A stretch of DNA of 64,000 nt from an uncultured Dehalococcoidales bacterium (GTDB lineage Bacteria > Chloroflexota > Dehalococcoidia > GIF9 > UBA5629), in NCBI GenBank assembly GCA_964596125.1, contig CAZQRP010000007.1, positions 64,282 to 128,281 on the forward strand. Direction: 5' to 3'. Below, piece by piece: positions 48,039-57,481 of the stretch (its first letter is position 1; each line of letters opens with the position of its first letter). Below the pieces are notes generated by a model. It worked only from the letters and a program-made list of their open reading frames with translations, was not told the origin of the DNA and searched no databases. A program made the position numbers and the translations under genes.

Positions 48039-49412
48039 CTATGAATCGGCAGACTGACCGGTGGCTTTTCTGTGTACATACCTGTTAGCCGCATGAACAA
48101 CCAGAGCCAGGCTCATCAAATAATCATCGTGGCCGTCGGCGGGATCAACGAAGAAGTTCAGTGTTTGGTTGGGTCGGTATACACTTTTAGCTTTCTCCAG
48201 CTCATACATCAGTAGCCTGTATTCATCGGAGCCATCCTGCTTGTAGAGCTTCAGCCCTCCTGAATTAACAGCAGCTAGCAAGTCAAAACCTGCTTCAGAC
48301 TTTGTTTTTTGAGTAAATTTAAATGGAATGACTTTGCTGCCGAGAGTTCGCTTTAAAAATGAAGCTATCGGTTCGCCAACTCCAGTTGCATCGACGACAA
48401 TACGGCTGCAGCCCCAGACATTCTTTAGAATATCCACCATCTTATCGAGTAAAATCGGATGCTTCTGACCTACCCAGCAATAATGCTCCACAACCTTTAT
48501 CGATGGCTGTGTCAGTCCTGTCTGTGACATTTGAATAGCCTCCATCTCAGCAATAGTAACCACAGTGGCATCTCTACCAGGTCTTGTCAACATTTGTTCC
48601 TCGATCACCTCGGATTCACCGGCAAGGTCAATACCGGCAACATAGATTTTCGATGCTTGCTGACGTCTATGAGCTCTTGAATGTTTCCCAAGCAACTGCG
48701 CTATTTGTTGCTGGGACAGAAAGCCTCCTCCACCACGGATGGGTATCAGCGCGTACTGTGTTTTAAACAAGGGATGATTCTCGCCCAGACGTCCCAGTTC
48801 AGCCTTAACAAAGGCCCCGTATTCAGGATTGTATCTGGCCACTTGTTGCCAGTCATATCTGAAATGCCTTCTTATGCCGTCCTTTCTTTCCAGTTCAAGA
48901 TTAGTCTGCTTTATCTCCTCAAGCAGGGTACTGGTATCCCAGGTTGTCCCATAATGGACAGTAGTTACATTGGAAGCCGAACCCATAGGCCTGAACTCTT
49001 TAGTATATTTATCCTTGCTTACATCCTGAGACTCGTCTATCTCAAGCAAGATGTCAGCAGTATGTCCTACCACTGAAGACGACTCCTCGGCCGAAAGAAA
49101 GATCTGACGGGCTGATCCCAGCTTGACAATATAGCCCATCTCGGTCGACCATATACCAGAAAAACCGAAATCGTCAAGCCTTTCCTTTAGCCTCATCATT
49201 GATATTACCGTCTGCGGCTTGAAGGTCGGACTACATTTGATAGCGTTGCCACCCCTGGCCATAAACATCGTCAGCAAAAGGACTTCAAGCTGTGCTGACA
49301 GCTCATTTTTACCTCCCTGGCGGGCTATTTCTACAGAGAATGTTAAGCCTTTATTCTTCTGAATGCTCTGTAGAATGGCTTTAGCGACTTCTTGCTGGTA
49401 GGGTCTTAGCAT
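48039..49412 (-). CDS. phage terminase large subunit (TerL)-like protein
   Basis: 457 aa with an N-terminal ATPase (ARQGGKNE Walker-A-like, LLEIDE Walker B) and a C-terminal RNase-H-like nuclease (VAGIDLAG, VVDATGVG, GHDDYLMSLAL). Composition is host-like. Confidence 0.8.
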   Translation of the reverse strand: MLRPYQQEVAKAILQSIQKNKGLTFSVEIARQGGKNELSAQLEVLLLTMFMARGGNAIKCSPTFKPQTVISMMRLKERLDDFGFSGIWSTEMGYIVKLGSARQIFLSAEESSSVVGHTADILLEIDESQDVSKDKYTKEFRPMGSASNVTTVHYGTTWDTSTLLEEIKQTNLELERKDGIRRHFRYDWQQVARYNPEYGAFVKAELGRLGENHPLFKTQYALIPIRGGGGFLSQQQIAQLLGKHSRAHRRQQASKIYVAGIDLAGESEVIEEQMLTRPGRDATVVTIAEMEAIQMSQTGLTQPSIKVVEHYCWVGQKHPILLDKMVDILKNVWGCSRIVVDATGVGEPIASFLKRTLGSKVIPFKFTQKTKSEAGFDLLAAVNSGGLKLYKQDGSDEYRLLMYELEKAKSVYRPNQTLNFFVDPADGHDDYLMSLALVVHAANRYVHRKATGQSADS

Positions 49413-49738
49413 TACTTAACCAGTATCTTAACGCCCAGTGGTACAGCTATCTCGGTCAATACCCTGGTAATAGCTTCCTTAAGGGATTTCTTCTGCTCCT
49501 TGCTGATGTTGTAACGGATACCAACAAGCCTGGCAATGGTATTGGTAACCCTCAGGTGAAGGTCAAACCTTTCCGGCTCGCTCTCAATAAGCTCTCTGAG
49601 CTTAACGCGAAGTATGGCGATTTCTTCGTCCAAGCCTTCCACATCCCTGGCCTCTTCAAGGCCGAGCTTCTCGGCTTCATCAAGCGCCCGGCTGTAGAAT
49701 CCTCGTTTTCTGCTTTTTTGATTGTCTCTTTTTACCAT
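49412..49738 (-). CDS. small coiled-coil protein translationally coupled to TerL (small-terminase candidate)
   Basis: From ATG 49738, 108 aa with a basic N-terminus and helical repeats. Its TAA overlaps the TerL ATG by 1 nt. Confidence 0.45.
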   Translation of the reverse strand: MVKRDNQKSRKRGFYSRALDEAEKLGLEEARDVEGLDEEIAILRVKLRELIESEPERFDLHLRVTNTIARLVGIRYNISKEQKKSLKEAITRVLTEIAVPLGVKILVK

Positions 49739-50004
49739 CTTGTTTTGCCTTGATAAGCCCAAACACGAGAATATGGGCAGCCAGGTCATACTTCCGGTTA
49801 TCTAAAGCAACCTTCAAGAGCTTTACCATGATTAAATATTATAATAGTACAATTGTTCTATTATTACAAGCAATCAATGTCACCTATTCATTGAACAATT
49901 AGTAGTTTATTGTAACGCCATACATTTTATGATACAGTAACGTTAAGGACCTTTCACCAATCCCTTATTATCTTATTTACCATAGGAGGTCGACCACAGG
50001 TAAC

Positions 50005-51192
50005 ATGTCAGGCGTTCTGGAGATACGCCGTGCTAACGAATTCAGAGAATGCCCCCTTAATCAACCGGTAATCACCATCGGCCGCGGTGCTGATAATCAA
50101 GTTGTGCTGGATGATGAGCTTATATCACGCCATCACGCTAAGCTGGAGCAGGTAAAAAGTTCGCTCTATATAACCGACCTTGGCAGCAGCAACGGTACCA
50201 CCGTGAACAGCGTTAAAATCCAGCCGGTTGCACAGTTCGCTCTCAAAGAAGGTGCAGTTATCAGTATCGGTAGCTTCAAGTTAACTGTTCGTTTACTGCC
50301 TGCCACCAATAAAATACCGCCTTCTATGTTCCAGGTCGTTGAAGAGGGAACTGCAGCACCGGCCGAGAAAGCACCTCCCCCAGCTAGAGAGAGGGCTGCC
50401 GTCTATACTGAGGCCAGAGCAACAGCTCCTCCACAAGGTGGTAAATCCAAGCGGGGAACACTGTGGGCCCTTATAATCGGGATAATTACACTCGCAGTTA
50501 TTATAGCACTGTCGGTTACCCTTGTTTGCTCCGCTACAGTTGCAAAGGCGGATATCATAGCCGAGTTTATCGAGTCCCTGAAACAGATAAGCGAGGCAGC
50601 TACGGGCCAGATAGAAGCGGAGGTAGACAGTATAGACCAGGAGCTATTCAACACCGACGAGAAACTACTGAAGCTGGAGCAGGTAATCACTCCTGCGCTG
50701 GAGTGGGTTGAACGGCAAAAAGACAAGGCCAGGACCCAAGGTGCTTCATTCGTCTCCCAGGTAAATGCCGAAGGGCTGGACAAGCTCAAAAATGACCAGT
50801 ACCAGGTGACTACACTGGAAGGGAAAGGTAATACCAGTGGTCAGTTTACCCCTATTATCAGGGTTACCGATTTAACTACAAATACAACTCGTGACTGGGA
50901 AAAATTTGACAGCGAACTCAAGTTTCTAAGGTCCACCCTTAAGGAACAAAGACAGGAGAGATTAGCAGCCGGTATTTTGTCCGCTCAAACTCTGTTAGAA
51001 ATCATTAACTACTGGGAAGACTGGGATATAAAGAAGCTCAATGAGACGACCTACAGTATCAGTGGCCCCCACCTGGGATTGGCGGATGGGCCTGCCAAAG
51101 GTAAATGGACCTACTATAAACATACGGGAGAAAGCAAACCCACTGACAACGAGAGCGCAGCACTGAAGAAATTACTTGCAGCCGAATCCTGA
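50005..51192 (+). CDS. FHA-domain membrane protein
   Basis: N-terminal FHA (ITIGRGADNQVVLDDELISRHHAKL...ITDLGSSNGTTVN), a Pro/Ala linker, a TM helix (LWALIIGIITLAVIIALSVTLV), and an extracytoplasmic C-terminal domain. Confidence 0.8.
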   Translation: MSGVLEIRRANEFRECPLNQPVITIGRGADNQVVLDDELISRHHAKLEQVKSSLYITDLGSSNGTTVNSVKIQPVAQFALKEGAVISIGSFKLTVRLLPATNKIPPSMFQVVEEGTAAPAEKAPPPARERAAVYTEARATAPPQGGKSKRGTLWALIIGIITLAVIIALSVTLVCSATVAKADIIAEFIESLKQISEAATGQIEAEVDSIDQELFNTDEKLLKLEQVITPALEWVERQKDKARTQGASFVSQVNAEGLDKLKNDQYQVTTLEGKGNTSGQFTPIIRVTDLTTNTTRDWEKFDSELKFLRSTLKEQRQERLAAGILSAQTLLEIINYWEDWDIKKLNETTYSISGPHLGLADGPAKGKWTYYKHTGESKPTDNESAALKKLLAAES

Positions 51193-51649
51193 TTCCTAGG
51201 CAAGCTCTCGTGTCTACTACCTTCAGTAACGACCAAGGTATACACCCATCACCACAGCCACCACCAGAACCCCCACGACCAGCTTCTTCCCGAACTCGGT
51301 GAGGAAGCGCCTGTATTGGTATTGGGCTGCAGGCCATTACCGGTTGTAGGCGGTTTAGGAGGTTTAGATTGTTTATCCACTGCATCCTCAAGACCTTCGA
51401 TGTGGCCCCCGTCGCTTTATCCCGGAGTTTTATCCCAGTCTTGATGAGGTTCCTTGCTCCCTCCATACCCTCTTGCTGCTGCTGTTGAAGCCTGTCCAGG
51501 CGGTTGCCCGACTCTCTAGAAGTATCATGAAAAGCATCACAGGCACTATCCGCTTTTGAGCCTATATTATGCCGCCGATATATCAAGCATGGCAAAACCT
51601 GTCACAGAAATGTGGTAAGTAGCATCAGAGGGTCGAACATTAGCGAATA

Positions 51650-52294
51650 TCAGGCAGGTCTGAATAAAGAACTGAAGAAAGCGGCCACTCTCTCCGATGC
51701 AGTTGCCTCATGTCTGTACCAGAAATGGTCGGCTTTGGGGACAAGCTCAAACTGCTTCGGCTCCACCGATTCCCAGTATATCGACTCTACTTCTTCCGGC
51801 GAAACAAAGTAATCCTCGTCACCAACAACTATGAGCTTGGGCTTTAAGCAATTCCTGAAAGGTGACATTTGTAACGGCTCTGGAGGCGGTGAAATGAGCG
51901 CCATCGCCTTAACCCGTTCATCATCGCAGGCAACTGGTGAAGCTACCGCGGCGCCAAAAGAATAGCCCGCCAGCCCAACTTTACCCGTGTCAACTTCAGG
52001 TTGTGAAACAAGCCAGCTCAACGCCGCTGCTACATCCTCCCGCTCGGCAACACCGCCCCCATAATCACCCTCACTCCTGCCCACACCTCTAAAGTTAAAC
52101 ATAAACGCAATTATGGACTTATTTACCAGTGCCTCACTCAGCGCCAGGATCACATTGTTGTCCATGGACCCACCATACATAGGATGAGGATGGCACAGAA
52201 CTACTGCCGGGAAAGTCCCACCATCATCGGGATAATAACAGGAACCTTGCAGGCTAAGCTGGCCACAGGGGAATAGGACATCGCTTTCTCTCAT
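51650..52294 (-). CDS. alpha/beta hydrolase
   Basis: GYSFGA nucleophile elbow with a PHPMYGG region. ATG 52294 overlaps the rarA stop (ATGA), with GGAGG 8 nt upstream. Confidence 0.7.
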   Translation of the reverse strand: MRESDVLFPCGQLSLQGSCYYPDDGGTFPAVVLCHPHPMYGGSMDNNVILALSEALVNKSIIAFMFNFRGVGRSEGDYGGGVAEREDVAAALSWLVSQPEVDTGKVGLAGYSFGAAVASPVACDDERVKAMALISPPPEPLQMSPFRNCLKPKLIVVGDEDYFVSPEEVESIYWESVEPKQFELVPKADHFWYRHEATASERVAAFFSSLFRPA

Positions 52295-53661
52295 TCTTTC
52301 TTCCTCCGGTTGTTTAGCCACCAGGACTTGAGCCTGGTTTTTATTTCTTTCTCATAGCCCTGGTCGCCGGGAAAATAGTAATGCTTCCCCTGAAGTGAAG
52401 CTGGCAGATGTTGTTGCTTCACAAAATGATCCGGGTAGTCATGAGCGTATTTGTAATCCTTGCCATATCCAAGTCCGCGCATAAGACCGGTAACCGGATT
52501 ACGCAGATGAAGTGGTACCGGCTCATTTCGGCTCTGCTCAACATCCTGCTGTACCTTAGAATAAGCACGATACAATGAATTGCTCTTCGGGGCGGTAGCC
52601 AGGTAGACAACCGCCTGAGCCAGGGACAGGTTTCCCTCGGGCATACCTATAAAATGTACTGCCTGTTGAGCTGCTACGGCCACCGTTAACGCCCGAGGGT
52701 CAGCCATACCCACATCTTCGGAAGCGAAACGGACCAGGCGGCGGGCAATATAAAGAGGGTCTTCACCGGCTTCGAGCATCCGCCCCATCCAGTACAGGGC
52801 TGCATCGGGATCTGAACCACGCATTGATTTGTGCAGTGCCGATATAACATCATAATGCTGATCACCGTCTTTATCGTATAATAAAGACCGGTGCTGTAGC
52901 GCCTCTTCAATAGTTGCCAGGTTTGGTCGACGATATCCGTCTGCCTCAGGAAATGTCGCTTGAGTTGCCATTTCCAGGGAATTCAGTGCTGCCCGGGCAT
53001 CACCATTAGCTATAACAATCAAATGCTTTAGCGCATCTTCAGCTAACTCTACCTTATAGTTACCCAGCCCTCTTTCATCGTCCTGTATAGCACGCTCGAC
53101 TATGGAACGGATATCCTTATCAGTTAAAGAATTCAGGGTAAATACCCGGCACCTGGATAGAAGAGGGGAGATTACTTCAAACGAGGGATTCTCCGTAGTA
53201 GCACCGATGAGAGTTACTACTCCATTTTCTACAAATGGTAATATTGCGTCCTGTTGAGCCTTGTTAAACCTGTGTATCTCATCCGTAAACAGGATGGTTC
53301 GCTGCCCGGATCGCTTGAGCCTGCTTTTAGCTTCGTCAATGGCACGACGAAGGTCGCTTACACCAGCACTTACTGCACTCAGGGGGGTAAAATGTGACCT
53401 GGTAACATTGGCAATAACATAAGCCAGAGTAGTCTTGCCACTGCCAGGTGGGCCCCAAAATATCAGCGAAGGCAACCGGTCCAATTCGATACACTTTCTT
53501 AACACCCGTCCCTCGCCCACAAGATGCTCCTGCCCTATAAACTCGGTAAAGTTTCGTGGTCGCATTCTGGCTGCCAACGGTGTATCTTCCTGCAGCTCGG
53601 GGTAAACTTCGTCTTTCGGCCCGGCCTCTGGTTCCAGCCGATTTAAATCGAAAAGAGTCAT
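52291..53661 (-). CDS. rarA: replication-associated recombination protein A (AAA+ ATPase)
   Basis: GPPGSGKTTLA P-loop, FTDEIHRFNK Walker B, and a conserved MgsA C-terminal region. 456 aa. Confidence 0.9.
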   Translation of the reverse strand: MTLFDLNRLEPEAGPKDEVYPELQEDTPLAARMRPRNFTEFIGQEHLVGEGRVLRKCIELDRLPSLIFWGPPGSGKTTLAYVIANVTRSHFTPLSAVSAGVSDLRRAIDEAKSRLKRSGQRTILFTDEIHRFNKAQQDAILPFVENGVVTLIGATTENPSFEVISPLLSRCRVFTLNSLTDKDIRSIVERAIQDDERGLGNYKVELAEDALKHLIVIANGDARAALNSLEMATQATFPEADGYRRPNLATIEEALQHRSLLYDKDGDQHYDVISALHKSMRGSDPDAALYWMGRMLEAGEDPLYIARRLVRFASEDVGMADPRALTVAVAAQQAVHFIGMPEGNLSLAQAVVYLATAPKSNSLYRAYSKVQQDVEQSRNEPVPLHLRNPVTGLMRGLGYGKDYKYAHDYPDHFVKQQHLPASLQGKHYYFPGDQGYEKEIKTRLKSWWLNNRRKKE

Positions 53662-53662
53662 A

Positions 53663-54769
53663 TTATTTACTATCTCTACCCGATTTTAACGTCTGGGCCG
53701 AATCAACCGCCCTATCGTAATAACTCTTAACCGTTTCCACATACGTCAAACCAGAGAGAACCAGAGTAACCTGAGCACAATCTTTAGCCCCATAAAAATC
53801 ACCGCCCCTTATTTCAGCATTGTTGGTTAATTCTCGCAGGCGGTTCCCCAGCGTTTTAACCATGTCCACATTTGCTCCCTTAGCAGGGATAGAAAGAAGA
53901 TAGAGAGCTTTGCTGGCATCCTCTAATGCGAAGTCAATCGAGAGTCTCCCCAGAGCTGCATTCATAGCCTCAAGGGTTTTGGTTGTTTCCGAGCCTTTCT
54001 CCTGAAAGCTCTGTATCGGTTTCAGAAAAGACTTTGATACAGGAAATTCTGTTGTACCAACGCCTATCGCTGTCCAACCTGATAAAGTTTGCAGCATATC
54101 GCCAACGCCCAGGTTCCTGAATCCGGCATATTTCGGGCCAACCTCTTCACTGGCACAAAAAAGGTCATAGTAAGGAAAGACTATTTCCTTATTTATATCG
54201 CTCATATCTTCAATCGATGTAGCTTTTCTTTTGAATTTAAACTTCTCGTTATCAACCAGGAACACCGCATCCGCTATCTTATGAATGGACTTCAGGCAGA
54301 CTGCCGTATTATAAATACATTTGTGTTTGGCTGTTTCGGATTCAAAGGGAAGAACAATGAGTGCATAGATCGGTTTGCCTACATGGCGGTCTCTGAGTTG
54401 CTGAGCCAATATTGGGACTCCTCCGGAACCGAGGTTTCCGGCAGAACCAGCGACGAATAAAATGGCATCAGTATCATAATAATCGCTTGCCTCTACCACG
54501 GTTAAAACGCGGCCACCTTCTTCACGCATAAGCTCGGCACCAGCCTCAGCCAGTTTATCTGTATCTTCAAGAGAACGACCGATAGCAATAGTCCGCAGGT
54601 CCCTATGATCTGCTTTAATCGATTCGAGGCTAGCTTTATCGTTATTTACTGCATAAGCATTAGTAATTATTTGAACACGACGCTCAGCTTTCGCCCGTTT
54701 GTTTAACTCGGTGAATTCACCGGCTAATCTAGAACCACAATTATCAACACCAATAACTAATAGCTTCAT
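53663..54769 (-). CDS. tubulin/FtsZ-superfamily paralogue with degenerate nucleotide-binding motifs
   Basis: Clear paralogue of 46772-47953 (shared YNTAVCLKSIH, GWTAIGVG, YAL[IV]VLPFE). The motifs read GVDNCGSRL and AGNLGSG instead of GLGQCGSRI and GGTGSG. Confidence 0.7.
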   Translation of the reverse strand: MKLLVIGVDNCGSRLAGEFTELNKRAKAERRVQIITNAYAVNNDKASLESIKADHRDLRTIAIGRSLEDTDKLAEAGAELMREEGGRVLTVVEASDYYDTDAILFVAGSAGNLGSGGVPILAQQLRDRHVGKPIYALIVLPFESETAKHKCIYNTAVCLKSIHKIADAVFLVDNEKFKFKRKATSIEDMSDINKEIVFPYYDLFCASEEVGPKYAGFRNLGVGDMLQTLSGWTAIGVGTTEFPVSKSFLKPIQSFQEKGSETTKTLEAMNAALGRLSIDFALEDASKALYLLSIPAKGANVDMVKTLGNRLRELTNNAEIRGGDFYGAKDCAQVTLVLSGLTYVETVKSYYDRAVDSAQTLKSGRDSK

Positions 54770-54770
54770 G

Positions 54771-55286
54771 TTATTTATATCTCCTTACTTGAAAACGGTA
54801 CAGGTTAATAGGTTCATCGGCTGATATGCCTGCTTTAGTCCGACAAACATTAATCTGCTGCTCTATAGTGTTCACGCCCTCAAGGTCAGGCAGTAACAAT
54901 CCCCGCTTGAAGCCATGCTCCACAATTAGGCCATATTTTTTGGGATCAAGCTGGTCGACAGTGCTCACCAGCTCTGGTGGGGTCAGGATATCTACGCTGT
55001 ACTCCAGTTCAGATAGCTCAGAAGCCTCGATCCGTTTGAAGCGCGGGTCACTGGTAGCCGAGCTTATTGCATTGGTAACGATCTCTGCAGCTACATTTTC
55101 CTCATTTGGTTCAAAGGTGCCTATGCAACCCCTCAATTGACCACGCTTTTTAATAGATACAAAGACGCCAGCTCTCTCTTTCATTTCGGTAGTAAGCTCC
55201 TCCGGTCTATGCACAATGCCTTTGCCGATATAATCTTCTACAGCGGCTTTGGCTAACCTGACTATAGGATTAGGCTGACGTTCCAT
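54771..55286 (-). CDS. AMMECR1-domain protein (AmmeMemoRadiSam system protein A type)
   Basis: LRGCIGTF and GLLLPDL motifs, 171 aa, adjacent to the partner genes. Confidence 0.85.
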   Translation of the reverse strand: MERQPNPIVRLAKAAVEDYIGKGIVHRPEELTTEMKERAGVFVSIKKRGQLRGCIGTFEPNEENVAAEIVTNAISSATSDPRFKRIEASELSELEYSVDILTPPELVSTVDQLDPKKYGLIVEHGFKRGLLLPDLEGVNTIEQQINVCRTKAGISADEPINLYRFQVRRYK

Positions 55287-55311
55287 TCACATATTCCCCA
55301 TTTAGCAAATC

Positions 55312-56118
55312 TCAAGGCACAACCTCAAAAGAAGCTACAAGATAGCCAACACCAAAAGGCCCCTCATAGGAAAGGACCTTTGGTTTCACCCTTAGCCCAT
55401 CCAGCGCGCCCAATAATATTACAACGGACCGTAAACCGCATTCTCCGGCCCTTTCAATAAGCTTTGCGTCCATGTTCAATATACTGTCTGTATCTGAACA
55501 GGATAACGCTTTTGCCAGCTTCTCGTCAAAGATTTTTCCCATCGGATCATAACCGGCTGGCGCCTCTGGAATAAGACGGTGAGAAAGGTCACCGCTGGCA
55601 ACCAGGACAACACGCTTTCCAATTTGCTCAGCCGCCCGTCTAATAGCTTGTCCAAAAGCGAAATGAGTTTTCAACGGAAGCCAGGAGAAGGTCAAAGGCA
55701 CAAGGGATACTCCTTCCATAGCACGATAGAAGAAGTGCATTGGTACCATTACTCCATGATCAAGTGAATAATTACTCCCACCGATAGACCTGATGGGAAC
55801 ACCATTTGCCTTTGCCTCTTTCTCTAAAAGTTCCACCATTTTCAGGTCATTATCAAACCGACGTTGAGGCCCCTGAGATCCCCATATTCTCATATCACCA
55901 GTTAACGAAGTGGCTGTAGATATCCCCATTGCGTCAGCGTGATATTCGCCATGAGGGCTGATAACCAACACTGTCTGCGGATGCTGCCGTCCCAGCATAT
56001 CAGTCAATTCTTCCATCGCCTTTATAGTTGCAGCTATTACATTCTCTTGACCTTTGCCAACGTCGGGAACTACTAATGGTGGGTGGGGTACAACACAGCC
56101 AAAAACGATACCTTCCAT
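55312..56118 (-). CDS. LigB/Memo-superfamily (class-III extradiol-dioxygenase-like) protein in the protein-B position of the AmmeMemoRadiSam triad
   Basis: GCVVPHPPLVVP, VLVISPHG, LDHGVMVPM, and SGDLSHRL. Lies between the AMMECR1 and radical SAM genes. Confidence 0.7.
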   Translation of the reverse strand: MEGIVFGCVVPHPPLVVPDVGKGQENVIAATIKAMEELTDMLGRQHPQTVLVISPHGEYHADAMGISTATSLTGDMRIWGSQGPQRRFDNDLKMVELLEKEAKANGVPIRSIGGSNYSLDHGVMVPMHFFYRAMEGVSLVPLTFSWLPLKTHFAFGQAIRRAAEQIGKRVVLVASGDLSHRLIPEAPAGYDPMGKIFDEKLAKALSCSDTDSILNMDAKLIERAGECGLRSVVILLGALDGLRVKPKVLSYEGPFGVGYLVASFEVVP

Positions 56119-56138
56119 ACACTACCTCCTCAATCGGG

Positions 56139-57167
56139 TTAACTGAGAGTCGTTCTCACATTAAGTTCGGCTCCACAGAACCTGCATTTCGAATTATCAA
56201 CTCCCATTATAGTAGCATTATAACCCAACCTCTGAATAACCATTTTCCCGCATGAATAGCAAACAGTGTTCTCTCTATCATGGCCGGGGACATTCCCTAA
56301 ATACACAAAGCGTAACCCTGCCTTTTTACCGATATCATATGCCCTCTCCAGGCTCGCTATAGGGGTCGACTGCAAATGCATCAGGTGATAATGGGGATGG
56401 AACCTGGTCACATGCCACGGTGTTAGCTCCCCCAGATTATCCCGAATCCAGACAGCAAGACCTTCCAATTGCTCTTCATCATCGTTCATTGACGGAATCA
56501 CGTTGGTAATCACCTCGACATGCATTCCCCACTTCTCTTGCGCCCGCTTGGCCACATCAAGGATGCCTCGCCAGCGGGGAATCCTGGCTAAATCCCGGTA
56601 TAATGCATCAGAAAAACCTTTGATATCAACTCTCCACGCATCAAGAAAGGGCCCAATCGTATCCAGTGCTTCTGGTGTAAGATAGCCGTTTGTTACGTAG
56701 ACAGTATAAAGCCCACTCTCTTTAGCCAGCTTCGCTGAGTCCAGCGTATACTCAAACCAGATACTGGGTTCGTTGTACGTCCAGGCAATACCATCGCAAT
56801 TACGCTGTTTGGTAATATTGACTTCTTCTTCGGGCTGAATATTTCGAACACTCCTCTGTATTTTGGCCGGCTCTTCGACACAGGAGATCTCCCAGTTCTG
56901 GCAATGTATACAGTGAAAGTTGCATCCCCACGTGCCTAAAGAAAATGCTAAAGTACCTGGGAAAAAGTGAAACAATGGTTTCTTTTCTATAGGATCAGCT
57001 GCTGCCGATGTGACTTCAGCATAATTAAGGACCTGAAGGACTCCTTCATCATTCCGACGCACTCGACAGACTCCATATTTGCCCGGTCCAATAACACAGC
57101 GCCACTGACAAACATTACAACGTACCCTGGAGTCAGGAAGTTTATCGTAAAGTATAGCCTCAGGCAT
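56139..57167 (-). CDS. AmmeMemoRadiSam-system radical SAM enzyme (PflA-like activase family)
   Basis: N-terminal Cys cluster RCNVCQWRCVIGPGKYGVCRVR, radical SAM CNFHCIHCQN (CX3CX2C), and a C-terminal CYSCG...CRFCG ribbon. Confidence 0.85.
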   Translation of the reverse strand: MPEAILYDKLPDSRVRCNVCQWRCVIGPGKYGVCRVRRNDEGVLQVLNYAEVTSAAADPIEKKPLFHFFPGTLAFSLGTWGCNFHCIHCQNWEISCVEEPAKIQRSVRNIQPEEEVNITKQRNCDGIAWTYNEPSIWFEYTLDSAKLAKESGLYTVYVTNGYLTPEALDTIGPFLDAWRVDIKGFSDALYRDLARIPRWRGILDVAKRAQEKWGMHVEVITNVIPSMNDDEEQLEGLAVWIRDNLGELTPWHVTRFHPHYHLMHLQSTPIASLERAYDIGKKAGLRFVYLGNVPGHDRENTVCYSCGKMVIQRLGYNATIMGVDNSKCRFCGAELNVRTTLS

Positions 57168-57481
57168 TGGTCAACCGCCTCCCCAACTAATTATATCACT
57201 TAAACCTTATCCATTATAAGTAAAGAGCTTCGAATTGTCACAATTAATCATTATAAGTATGTAAATTTCCCCGTATGTCCTGATAGGTGAGATGACGAAA
57301 TCTAATGACTATTTGCTAGACAATATTCAAAACATAGTTTAGAATAGCCACCAGCATAATCGAAAAGGCGACAAATCGCCCCAATGGTGCCTGAAGAAGG
57401 CTCCACTGAGTAATAGATAAAACCTACCCGGAGTCCGGGTCTATTGAAATTCATCAACTTTCAGGCAGGTAAAATGTAAAT

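Noticed and set aside
51193-51649. The 178-aa minus-strand ORF (51059-51595) downstream of the hydrolase.
   Set aside because: It overlaps the convergent FHA gene and is non-protein-like in its annotated frame. Other frames give a Pro-rich linker (KQSKPPKPPTTGNGLQPNTNTG) and a plausible C-terminal TM helix (FLTEFGKKLVVGVLVVAVVMGVYLGRY-stop). It may therefore be a decayed tail-anchored protein gene needing two frameshifts. That is too uncertain to call.
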